The notes beneath the pieces were generated by a model, which had not been told where the DNA came from, searched no databases, and saw only the letters and a program-made list of their open reading frames with translations. Shown piece after piece: positions 35,418 to 44,337 of a stretch of DNA of 46,414 nucleotides. The stretch comes from an uncultured Candidatus Saccharibacteria bacterium (lineage in GTDB: Bacteria; Patescibacteriota; Minisyncoccia; Phycocordibacterales; Zambryskibacteraceae): assembly GCA_964450705.1 (NCBI GenBank), contig CAYVDB010000004.1, positions 1-46,414 of the forward strand, given 5' to 3'. The number at the start of each line of letters is the position of its first letter. Position 1 is the first letter of the stretch. The translations under genes and the position numbers were made by a program.

Positions 35418-36900
35418 AACTGGACGATGATAGTTCTAATATGAGGTTAAAGGGAGAATGTAGACTAAACACAAGCTTTTTTTCTGATACGGTAGGGTTC
35501 TGAAGTAGATAATTCAAAAATGCTCGTTTCTCGGCAGGTTCAGAACAATTCTCAAAAATATTTTTTGCTCTGCGCGCCACAGAAAGCACTGTAGCTAACA
35601 CGGTTTGGTATTCATAGTCTGCATTAGTGTGTTCCGTCAATTCAATATTTAAGAGTTGAAACTTGTCTGCGTACTCTTGGTGTTTTGTGTCATAGGTATC
35701 CTTAGTAATACCCGCATCGGTATAAAGCTCCAAGAGTCTATTGTCTTTATCCTTCACTTTGTCATATTCGTTCCTTAGACGCGTTACTTGAGCTTTGTGA
35801 TAGCTAACCTCTGCTTCCGTGGTCCTTCTAAGCTCCTCTACAAGCTCATCACAGACTTCTTTAGGGATACTCTCAAATCGCTCTAGTAGCTCATATACGG
35901 GCTTCAGGAGGGTCTGTTCTGGCACATATTCTCGTTTACATACACCTTTAGCATTGGTGCAGGAGTAATAAACATAGCAACCCTTTTTAATCTCTGCACT
36001 CATAGAGCAACCGCACTTTTGGCAATGCAGGAGCCCTTTGAAAATGAAGTCTTTAGACAGGGCTTTGTAAGGAGTTTTCTTTCGCTCCTTTCTAATATCT
36101 TGGCATCTATCAAACAGCTCCTTTGAGATTAAATGTGGGTATTTGTGAGGAAAGCTTCCATACTTCCTAGAATCCGCTATGCCGTAATAAAAAGAGTCTT
36201 TAATTATGTTTTCGATATTGCTTTTTGAGAGCCTGTGCCCCTTCAAACTTAGCAAACCTTCCTCCGTAACTTTTATTCTTAAGCTTTCAAGAGAGTAGTT
36301 CTCTGTTGCATATAGCTCAAACAGTCTTTGGATTAGATGTCCTCTATCTGGGTCAACAATAATGTCCTTGCGCAACCTCTTACCTTCATCAACAGAAATA
36401 TTCTTATAACCTAGTCTAACTGGACCAGTCCATTCCCCATTTCTACGTTTCTGTTCAAAAGCTCTTTTTACATTATCGCTAATAGCATTTGAATAATAGC
36501 TTGCCATTATAAGATTCATTCCAAATCCGCTTTTCTCAACAGCTGACAGGTTTCCTCCTACTACTTGATGGTCGGAAATAAAGTGTAATTCTATTTCGTT
36601 TGCTAGAGCTTTTTCATACAGCCAAGCAACTCTTTTATCAAACATATTTCTAGACAGACGGTCTACCTTATCGAAGCAGATGGCAACCTTCTCTTTTTTA
36701 CTGGTGTAACCTTGAATGAACTCGATAATTACATCAAACTCATCCCGCTTACTTTTGTAAGCACTTTCAATAAAGCTAAACTCTTTAGTAATATCGAAGC
36801 CACAGCTCTTACAATAGCCCTGCATTCGGAAAAGTTGTGCGTCAGGTGAGTTTTCCTTCTGCTCATCTGTCGATACTCTGGCTATAATTATCGCTCTCAT
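35353..36900 (-). CDS. Large serine recombinase (integrase)
   Basis: Resolvase catalytic domain (AIIIARVSTDEQ...DKVDRLSRN), a recombinase domain and a Zn ribbon (CQKCGCSMS...YYSCTN...C), followed by a coiled coil. The last 65 nt of the ORF are antisense to tRNA-Asn. Confidence 0.85.
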   Translation of the reverse strand: MRAIIIARVSTDEQKENSPDAQLFRMQGYCKSCGFDITKEFSFIESAYKSKRDEFDVIIEFIQGYTSKKEKVAICFDKVDRLSRNMFDKRVAWLYEKALANEIELHFISDHQVVGGNLSAVEKSGFGMNLIMASYYSNAISDNVKRAFEQKRRNGEWTGPVRLGYKNISVDEGKRLRKDIIVDPDRGHLIQRLFELYATENYSLESLRIKVTEEGLLSLKGHRLSKSNIENIIKDSFYYGIADSRKYGSFPHKYPHLISKELFDRCQDIRKERKKTPYKALSKDFIFKGLLHCQKCGCSMSAEIKKGCYVYYSCTNAKGVCKREYVPEQTLLKPVYELLERFESIPKEVCDELVEELRRTTEAEVSYHKAQVTRLRNEYDKVKDKDNRLLELYTDAGITKDTYDTKHQEYADKFQLLNIELTEHTNADYEYQTVLATVLSVARRAKNIFENCSEPAEKRAFLNYLLQNPTVSEKKLVFSLHSPFNLILELSSSSLAPRAGFEPATNELTARRSTN

Positions 36901-36904
36901 TTAA

Positions 36905-39553
36905 CTATAGGAGTAAATTTACAAACCGCTCCCCAAAAAGAGCGTCTTCTCCACTATTGTAAAAAGGCATACCCCATACAACATATTTACGGTCTTCCCA
37001 AAGCTGTTCAACCTTGTGTTCTTTCTTGAGAGAAACAAGAAAGTTCTGTTTCCAGGCATCAGCCTCCTTAAGATGATTTCCTTTTGGTTCAATAAAGACC
37101 TGGTAGTACATATTCTTCGGCTTTGCCTTTTGATAGAGGAATAGCACATAGTCCGGCTCTAGAGGTCTGCCGTCATCAAAGTTATACAGCTTGAAGAATC
37201 GTTCGTTTCTTACGAGATACACTTCATCGTATTTATCTTTGAGCTGGTGATATATCTTGTCGATATATTTCACAAAGTGCTTTTCTTCTGAAGTACCGAA
37301 ACTATCATTGAAGACATACCAAGATTTGTTGCTGAGGTCCAAATAGATGTTTGTCTCTTGAGCTACGCCCATTGATTTACCAAACTCTTTATCGTCACTT
37401 TCATTTTCAGCAAAAGTGAGGACCTTATCTGAGAGCTTGTCTTTGACCATATATGGCTTAAATTCCTTGCTTCCTTTGTACTCAAGCTTCTCACCTGAAA
37501 TAGCCTTGGAAATCTTCTCTAGGACCTGTAAAACAGCGTCTAAGGCGTCATCAGGGGTCAAAGCGTCTACTTGGCTAGCCAAGCCGGAAACGGTCATCTT
37601 GAGGCTTCCTAGGTAGTTTTTATCGCTTATAAAGTCGTCAATACTCTCAAGATTTGGGAAGAATGTCTTGAGATTTGAGAACGAGTAAAAATCTAGCTTG
37701 TAGATAGCCTTTTTAACGACAGTTTTATTTAGCTCCTTGAAAGCAAAATCTTTTTCCTTTCGCTCAATACCTTTCTTTGATTGTTCATCAAACAGACCGC
37801 TTGAAAGGTTAAATCCGGTCCTTAGAGAGACAGAGTAATGTGTGTCTCGGACCGATGATGGGAGACCAAACACATCTTCTCGTGTGTATTTTTGTTGTTC
37901 ATTCAAAAAGAGCATACCTGACTTAAAGAACTTAGTATCTTTGAAGTCATCTTTAATAGTTAGATTTCGTTTGTATGTCTTATCTGCAACGATACCAGTT
38001 TTTATAAGAGCAGAGTTAAGCTCCTGAATGTATTTTGGATTGTATGAGCTGTGGTAATAAAGCTCCTCACAGATACGCATTTCATTTTCTACGTCATCGT
38101 CAAACTTTCGCTTCGAAGCATCATCAGTATCGTTAAGTTTGAACGGACAATATCGTGCTCCACGTCCGATGAGCTGAGCTTCTCTGATTGTTGTCTCACC
38201 AGGTTTATTGTTCTTAGCGTCACGAGTATCGTATAAACGAACAATGTCGAAAAGGTTAAGAACGTCCCAGCCCTCATTTAGTTTATCTACAGCAAATACA
38301 GCTCTGTATTCGTTATCAGGAGCTTCTAAGGTATTGATTGCGAGCTGTTTCTCATCACTTTCTTCCTTACTGTTTACCGAGATAGTTTTTTCAGCAGAAA
38401 AATCTTCTCTAAGCTCGCTAGCAAGGTTCTCAAGAGAGATTTTATTGTCATCAAAATACTGAAACATTCGGACCAAAACCTCATCCTTGGCATTAGATTT
38501 AATCTCAGACAGTTTCTTTACAGTAAGAGTCTCTACAGCCTTAACAAAAGCTTCCTGAAAATCCTTACTCTCAGCAATGGTCTTTGATTTAAAGAGTGCA
38601 ACCGGCTTAATGATTAGCTTATTCTTTTCAAAAATCTTTCTTCGGTATTGGCTCAGTAATATAGCTTGAAGAGCACGGTCAATAAGAGCTGAGTCCGCCT
38701 GTAAAACTTGAACATCTTTTGAATATCCATCAATACGGAATTGCTTGAGCTGATAATCATAAATTAATCGCTCTGCATACTTCTTGGCGATGTTTGGATT
38801 ATTAAAATCTACGGTAGCTGTAAACTCAAGAAGTACATTCTCAGGGTTAGCATTAAATATTCTGTTGACCGTGCTTTCCCAAGAAATGATTTCTTCTGCT
38901 TCTTCCTTTGAGACTGAGCCTTGAATAGTAACATCGCCAAAAACATTGGTCTTGAGACCAGCTTTTGTCTCCACGTTTATATGGTGAGCTTCGTCTGAGA
39001 TAAGAACGATTTTCTTGTCTTGAAAATCATCAAAAGTAAGAGCATTTTCTTGAGGGTTGTTGAGCTTAAGGTGAAGACCGTGGATTGTAGAAAAAGCGAT
39101 GTTGATACTCTTATCATCAGTAGACTGAAAGTTATCTACCTCCTTAAGAAAGACCTTTTTCTCACCTTGGGTAATCGAAGTATTGAAGAGATATTTGATT
39201 GATGAATCATTGAAAAAGTTATCTCGTGTTTTGTCGATAATATTTGTGCTATTTACGAAGAAAAGAAAGTTTCTGTAGCCTTGCTCGTATAGATAGAGAA
39301 TAAGACCAGCCATCATCAGGGTTTTACCGCTACCAGTAGCCATATGGAAAAGGAGCTGATTCTTTGTCGGCTTACCATCAAACTTCTCGGTCCAGTACCT
39401 TATGAAATACTGAAAAGCCCTCGTTTGATAAGGTCTGATTTGAAGTTTCTGATTAAGGTTTGTGGTGATTATTTCGGGGACCGGAGTAGCTTCTATTCCA
39501 CGTTTACCAAATTCAGACTCAAGTGTTTTGTGTAGTAATTTAATTTCTTCCAT
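36905..39553 (-). CDS. res: Type III restriction enzyme, Res subunit
   Basis: SF2 helicase motifs: MATGSGKT, LISDEAHH, FTAT and QLIGRGAR. The C-terminal PD-ExK nuclease motif reads EPDYVLFL...VFIEPKG. Confidence 0.85.
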   Translation of the reverse strand: MEEIKLLHKTLESEFGKRGIEATPVPEIITTNLNQKLQIRPYQTRAFQYFIRYWTEKFDGKPTKNQLLFHMATGSGKTLMMAGLILYLYEQGYRNFLFFVNSTNIIDKTRDNFFNDSSIKYLFNTSITQGEKKVFLKEVDNFQSTDDKSINIAFSTIHGLHLKLNNPQENALTFDDFQDKKIVLISDEAHHINVETKAGLKTNVFGDVTIQGSVSKEEAEEIISWESTVNRIFNANPENVLLEFTATVDFNNPNIAKKYAERLIYDYQLKQFRIDGYSKDVQVLQADSALIDRALQAILLSQYRRKIFEKNKLIIKPVALFKSKTIAESKDFQEAFVKAVETLTVKKLSEIKSNAKDEVLVRMFQYFDDNKISLENLASELREDFSAEKTISVNSKEESDEKQLAINTLEAPDNEYRAVFAVDKLNEGWDVLNLFDIVRLYDTRDAKNNKPGETTIREAQLIGRGARYCPFKLNDTDDASKRKFDDDVENEMRICEELYYHSSYNPKYIQELNSALIKTGIVADKTYKRNLTIKDDFKDTKFFKSGMLFLNEQQKYTREDVFGLPSSVRDTHYSVSLRTGFNLSSGLFDEQSKKGIERKEKDFAFKELNKTVVKKAIYKLDFYSFSNLKTFFPNLESIDDFISDKNYLGSLKMTVSGLASQVDALTPDDALDAVLQVLEKISKAISGEKLEYKGSKEFKPYMVKDKLSDKVLTFAENESDDKEFGKSMGVAQETNIYLDLSNKSWYVFNDSFGTSEEKHFVKYIDKIYHQLKDKYDEVYLVRNERFFKLYNFDDGRPLEPDYVLFLYQKAKPKNMYYQVFIEPKGNHLKEADAWKQNFLVSLKKEHKVEQLWEDRKYVVWGMPFYNSGEDALFGERFVNLLL

Positions 39554-39559
39554 AAGTCT

Positions 39560-41461
39560 TTATTTGTCGCCATAGAACTTTTTATTAAGCTCTTTATCTT
39601 CTTTTGAAATTGAATACGTCTTGTCATCAATTTCAGAGTAAGGGACGTAGAGGAGGTTCTTATCGAGAATAGAAATCAAGAATCTTTGCTGGTCCTCAAA
39701 CGACAAAGCCTCAAAGTCTTTCTTTGATGAATCAATCTCCTCAGGCTTTACTTTGTAGCTAAGGAAAGCAGTCTTTTTCATTTCATCCCAAACTTTCAAA
39801 AGCTCTTTTGTGTTCTTTGTATCTTGGATTTTATCTACAAAAAGCTGATTAGCCTGAGCTAATTCAGCATAAACAAAACTACCTTTTTTTGCTTCTTTTA
39901 TTACTCGGTATACTCTTTCTCTGGTAACTTTTTCTATATAGTCCATTTGTTCACAGATAATAAATTTTCTATTACCTTTGTCTTCGTCATTCAAGGCAAG
40001 TACAGCGTGTGCTGTTGTACCACTTCCACCAAAAAAGTCTAAAACAATGTCATCATCAGAAGTCATTATCTTTAAAGTATCAAGAACGGTATATAAAGAT
40101 TTTGGGTAACTAAATAAATTACCCCCTAAGATTTTTTTAAGTAAGTTTGTACCATTAAATTCAGACTGATATTTTTTGTCTGTCCACACATTCTTATAAA
40201 CCTGCTGTTCTCTTAGTTTATGATAAATTACTATTTTATTATTTTCCTCTTTGGCAATGAAATAATCATCGTGATTTAATTCATCAAATGATTGCTTGAT
40301 ATTTTTCCAAGCCATTTCTTTACCATTATTGGTAATAGGAAAAATCTCGTGATAACCTGATTCCTTTTCAGAAGTTATTGTTTTTAAATCTTTGCTTACA
40401 TAAATCGGATACCAGTTATTTGGCTTATTTTGTCTAGACCAAACTGTTCTGGCTCTTAGGAATGGCTCATACCTAAAACTACCATCATCATCACTTTCTG
40501 AGAAAGACTCTTTAACAGCCTCATCAATAGCAACTTGGTTAAATTCTGCTTGTTCAACATTCTTTGCGTATACAAGCATAAATTCACTATTTGGAGAAAA
40601 AAATTTAGAAAGATTTCTACCTTTTGGATTATGTAAGACAGTCACAACTCCCACACGGTTTTCTCTACCAAAAATTTCATCGGCTAAAGCACCTAAATAA
40701 AATAATTCAGCGTGGTCAATGGCAATAGCAATAAATCCATCCTCAGTAATAAAATCTTTAGCAACTTCAAGCCTATTTTTCATAAAAGTAAGCCAGGTTG
40801 AATGTTTAAATGTATTGTTATATGCAAAAGTATCACCGTCAGAACCTGTGTTGTATGGCGGGTCAATATAAACAAGTTTAACTTTTTGTTTATATTTATT
40901 TCTTAGAGAATATAGACTTAACAAATTATTTCCCTTGATAATCAAATTATCCTGAAGACTTATTTCATTGACTGTTTTTACTCCTTTTTCATCAAATTTT
41001 TTAAAGTTTGTAAGAACTTTTGGTTCAAGAAGTTTATCTATTTCGTCCGGAGCAAGTGTCTCATTCCAGAATATTTCTTCACGATTTGCATCTTCCTGAT
41101 TTTGACCTCCCTCTAGAACACAATCTTTGTAAGGAAAAGCTAAAACAACCTCATTGCTTTCGGTGAGGTACTGACCATCTGAAATAAGACCAATTTTGTT
41201 TTTGTATTCTGTAAAACTGTCCGGTAGGAATTGTTTGTTTGAAACGAAACTCTGAAATTTTACTTTATCAAAAACGAGAACGTCATCTACTTTTTGAAAA
41301 AATGTTTTTTCTAGGTCCTTTGATGAGCGAAGTGATTTGATTAAATCAGAATCAAGCTGTAGTGCTAACTCGATAACTTTATTTTTTGCGAGTTTACCGT
41401 CCACTACTAATCGGTCATCCTTTTCAAGGGTTGCTATAAGTTTTTTATGTACATCATTCAT
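39560..41461 (-). CDS. mod: Type III R-M Mod subunit (beta-class N6-adenine/N4-cytosine DNA methyltransferase)
   Basis: DPPYNT (motif IV) lies upstream of FFGGSGTTAHA (motif I). The gene is immediately upstream of res. Confidence 0.85.
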   Translation of the reverse strand: MNDVHKKLIATLEKDDRLVVDGKLAKNKVIELALQLDSDLIKSLRSSKDLEKTFFQKVDDVLVFDKVKFQSFVSNKQFLPDSFTEYKNKIGLISDGQYLTESNEVVLAFPYKDCVLEGGQNQEDANREEIFWNETLAPDEIDKLLEPKVLTNFKKFDEKGVKTVNEISLQDNLIIKGNNLLSLYSLRNKYKQKVKLVYIDPPYNTGSDGDTFAYNNTFKHSTWLTFMKNRLEVAKDFITEDGFIAIAIDHAELFYLGALADEIFGRENRVGVVTVLHNPKGRNLSKFFSPNSEFMLVYAKNVEQAEFNQVAIDEAVKESFSESDDDGSFRYEPFLRARTVWSRQNKPNNWYPIYVSKDLKTITSEKESGYHEIFPITNNGKEMAWKNIKQSFDELNHDDYFIAKEENNKIVIYHKLREQQVYKNVWTDKKYQSEFNGTNLLKKILGGNLFSYPKSLYTVLDTLKIMTSDDDIVLDFFGGSGTTAHAVLALNDEDKGNRKFIICEQMDYIEKVTRERVYRVIKEAKKGSFVYAELAQANQLFVDKIQDTKNTKELLKVWDEMKKTAFLSYKVKPEEIDSSKKDFEALSFEDQQRFLISILDKNLLYVPYSEIDDKTYSISKEDKELNKKFYGDK

Positions 41462-41462
41462 A

Positions 41463-41636
41463 TTATCTTGTTTTCACCTTATTTAGGAACCTTCCAAATT
41501 CTTCCCTATCAATCCTAAACTCCTTCCCAATCTTATATGCCTTCAGTTTCTTGGCTTTGATATATCGGTAAACGGTCATGATGTTTACCTGTAGCTTGTC
41601 AGCCAACTCTCTAGCTGTATAGAAATCTTTGTTCAT
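41463..41636 (-). CDS. Excisionase-family helix-turn-helix DNA-binding protein (HTH_17-like)
   Basis: YTARELADKLQVNIMTVYRYIKAKKLKAYKIGKEFRIDREEFGRFL. The stop abuts the mod start. Confidence 0.7.
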   Translation of the reverse strand: MNKDFYTARELADKLQVNIMTVYRYIKAKKLKAYKIGKEFRIDREEFGRFLNKVKTR

Positions 41637-41858
41637 ATGCCTTTTTCTCTTAAACACTTGTTGTAAAGTTGCTCATATTCTTGTGGTTCTGACAGTATAC
41701 CTTCGTAAGCCTTCTCAAGAGCTTGATTTAGTTGAGCTGAGGCTTCTTTTGAGGCCCGCTCGTTACATTGTTTTTTATTTGCCCAGATCTAATTCCAAAC
41801 CAATAGAAAACCCCAACTCCCGCAATTAAGATTATTACTATCGGTATTCTCCTGCTAT

Positions 41859-43010
41859 TTATATTACTTTACTATTCTTTACAAGACAACTATTGGTGTG
41901 AAGTAGGTTTTGGTGAGGGTACGGCTGGTAATCTTCTATCGCTTTATCAATTTGCGTAACCCAATCTCGAATTTCATTTTTAGTAACGAACTTATCTGAT
42001 GCACGCATGTCTTGAGATATTCGATACCAAGTTCTATCCCCCGATTTCGTGCTAAGGATAGACCTGAGTTCCCTCATTCCATTCTCATCCTTAGCCAATA
42101 GAAACAGACCCAATAAGTATATAGCCCGTCTAGGTTTGAGTTTTTTATCTGCTAAAAACAAAGTTCGTAGAATATCCTTATTACTTATAGAAATTGAAAA
42201 GATACCTCGATTTCTATCTTTGATGAGTCTCTTCCAGTAATCGTTAAGAACCTTTTTACTTAGTTCAGTTCTGAATACATCCTTAAAGTTTGGGTCTTTC
42301 TTATAACCTAAACCCTCAAGAAGGCTATTCAACTTCTTCTTCTGATTAAGGCGAACTTCAAAGCGGATTATCTCTGGCACTTCCTCTTTATTTTTGAGCT
42401 GAGAAAACAAGTCCATCTGGTAGAGAGTTGGCTCTTTGTCTATGGCTCGTTTCTTGCCCTTAGCTAGGTCAGCTACTTTGTCATAAATAACAAATTGGTG
42501 TGAAGTAGTATGAGCATAAAGGCTTTGTCCATCATTAAGAAACCTTGTCTTGGCAAAATCAAAGCTTTTTCGTAAATCCACCTTGTTCATTTCTGATATT
42601 AAGTGGTTAGCGGTATACCCATCCTTAAGTTGAATGTTTTTAGAAAAATGAACCGAGCTTACAGAGGCTTTCTCTAGAACCGTACCCCGAACAATAATCC
42701 CCATAGTTCGTAATCTTGCTTGTAATGTTCGCACTATTTCCTTAAAATCTTTGTCCTCAAGTTCATCTAGATTATTCAGATAAAGTAACTTCGGGGCAGA
42801 AAACTCGATACGTACGTTTGAATCTTCCGTGAACCTTCTCCTATAGCCCGTTAATCTTGGAAAATATAGACCAGTTTCCAACTCAAGCCTGGAAGGGTTC
42901 CTCACAAATTTTTCGTAATCTATTGTTTTTGAATATAGCTCCCAATTTACGACCCCAGAGACATACTTCATCTTATCTTTTGAGATTAGTAAGCACACAG
43001 TATCAATCAT
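41859..43010 (-). CDS. Putative replication initiation protein (phage gene II/X, CRI-like)
   Basis: 383 aa. The N-terminus starts MIDTV. The blocks IEFSAPKLLYLNNL, VSSVHFSKNI, FVIYDKVADL and IIRFEVRL are collinear with my recollection of the gene II/X Rep family. This is recollection only, not a search result. Confidence 0.4.
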   Translation of the reverse strand: MIDTVCLLISKDKMKYVSGVVNWELYSKTIDYEKFVRNPSRLELETGLYFPRLTGYRRRFTEDSNVRIEFSAPKLLYLNNLDELEDKDFKEIVRTLQARLRTMGIIVRGTVLEKASVSSVHFSKNIQLKDGYTANHLISEMNKVDLRKSFDFAKTRFLNDGQSLYAHTTSHQFVIYDKVADLAKGKKRAIDKEPTLYQMDLFSQLKNKEEVPEIIRFEVRLNQKKKLNSLLEGLGYKKDPNFKDVFRTELSKKVLNDYWKRLIKDRNRGIFSISISNKDILRTLFLADKKLKPRRAIYLLGLFLLAKDENGMRELRSILSTKSGDRTWYRISQDMRASDKFVTKNEIRDWVTQIDKAIEDYQPYPHQNLLHTNSCLVKNSKVI

Positions 43011-43240
43011 TTTTTATTTTTTAATCTGATAAAGAGCAGGATTTTGCTTCTTGTCTTGAGCAATAAGCCAAGTGAAGAGACCAACTAGACGTGCCCTTTC
43101 CTCAAACGAAAGGTCTTTGACGACTACTGGTTTCTTTAGCTTTTCTTCCTGCATAAAAACAACCCATAGGTTGTGCCTACAGGTTACTTTCTTGGAAAGT
43201 CTCAGTATAAGTATTTTCTGAGTTACAGAACTTTTCTGTG

Positions 43241-44002
43241 TTACAGTTTTTTTCGCTTCCTTTTTTCCAAAGAAATAATTTTGCCTATATATGCATAATC
43301 AACGTTAGTATTAGGACCATACTTATCATATAAAAGCCTCATTATTTCCTTTCTTGGTAGATGACTATTTTCCCATATAAATCTATTTCTTTCTTTTATG
43401 CTCGCTTTTTTCTTTTTTATTTTTCCCAAATGAGATTCAGCACTACGATGTTGACTCAAGTTATATTCTATCTGTGGCCATTGAACTTTTATATAATCAA
43501 TTAAATCTCTTTGTGTAATAGCAGGATGGAGTTTAATTACTACAGGATAATATTTAAATAAACCTCTTATCCGATCAACAGTAAACTCGTCTGGGTATTC
43601 TTGTAAAAGCTGGTAAAAATCTTCTATTTGAGCTAAATCAGACTCCGTTAAATGATTTATTATATTGAATATTTTTCTACCATATAAGATATACGTCCTA
43701 ATAAAATAACGTATATTCAAATCAGATATTGTAATCTTCTTGCTAATTTTCCCGATAGCCAAATTTAATTCTTTTAGTATATTTCTCCCCTTACCTTCCA
43801 ACTCTTTTGGAAGCTTAAAATAGTTATAAACAGGATAAATCTTATTCAAATCATCTTCCAGCTCTTTATTTATAGTTAATCCTTGTGCAGGTATATTTAA
43901 CTTTGTCCTTAGCCTCTTTACCTCATCTTGAAAATATTCTGAGTCAAGAAACTCATCAAGAAAATTCAGTAGTTTCTGGTGCGACTGGCTCTTTCGTTCC
44001 AT
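43241..44002 (-). CDS. Hypothetical protein on the element (basic C-terminus, possible HTH)
   Basis: 253 aa. I recognise no motif. The C-terminus PRKEIMRLLYDKYG...YIGKIISLEKRKRKKL is DNA-binding-like. Confidence 0.5.
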   Translation of the reverse strand: MERKSQSHQKLLNFLDEFLDSEYFQDEVKRLRTKLNIPAQGLTINKELEDDLNKIYPVYNYFKLPKELEGKGRNILKELNLAIGKISKKITISDLNIRYFIRTYILYGRKIFNIINHLTESDLAQIEDFYQLLQEYPDEFTVDRIRGLFKYYPVVIKLHPAITQRDLIDYIKVQWPQIEYNLSQHRSAESHLGKIKKKKASIKERNRFIWENSHLPRKEIMRLLYDKYGPNTNVDYAYIGKIISLEKRKRKKL

Positions 44003-44046
44003 TTTTATATTCTTTACTTTACTTCACAGAGGCTTACACTTCAATT

Positions 44047-44259
44047 ATGAAAAAAATAAACATTAAACGCTTAAAACTTTGGAACTCGAGGTGTAGTAAA
44101 TGCCCAAAGTGCGAATGGGTCTATGAGGCTCATGTGGGAGACTTTAAGTGGCACGAAGAAAACTGTTCTTATATGGCGGACATGAAAAGAAGAATCAGGG
44201 AACGTAGAGAAACAGAAATACAACTACAAAAAAGAGATGATTTAGGGTTATATAAATAG
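44047..44259 (+). CDS. Hypothetical small Cys/His protein
   Basis: 70 aa from the internal ATG: MKKINIKRLKLWNSRCSKCPKCEWVYEAH...HEENC. The SD is weak. It is divergent from the 43241..44002 gene. Confidence 0.35.
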   Translation: MKKINIKRLKLWNSRCSKCPKCEWVYEAHVGDFKWHEENCSYMADMKRRIRERRETEIQLQKRDDLGLYK

Positions 44260-44337
44260 TAGCCTACATAGAAGCGTAACCATTGAACTCTAATTCTTGT
44301 TTTATTTTTAACCAATTAAGAACCTTAAACTCCTCAA

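Noticed and set aside
35285-35503. 72-aa plus-strand ORF
   Set aside because: It is simply a reading frame through tRNA-Asn (…AIAQLVERRAVNSLVAGSNPARGA…).
41629-41829. 66-aa plus-strand ORF in the HTH/Rep spacer
   Set aside because: The translation is hydrophobic and low-complexity, and there is no SD. The minus strand of the same spacer has only ORFs without canonical start codons.
43014-43154. 46-aa minus-strand ORF (MQEEKLKKPVVVKDLSFEERARLVGLFTWLIAQDKKQNPALYQIKK) just upstream of the Rep-like gene
   Set aside because: It has no SD, and its ATG sits inside a small hairpin/T-run that looks like the upstream gene's terminator. It is plausible but unsupported.
43214-43246. Direct repeat TTTTCTG(A/T)GTTACAG present twice with an 18-nt period
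   Set aside because: There are only two copies. They overlap the stop codon of the 253-aa ORF. No matching copy was found near tRNA-Asn, so I could not support an att or iteron role.
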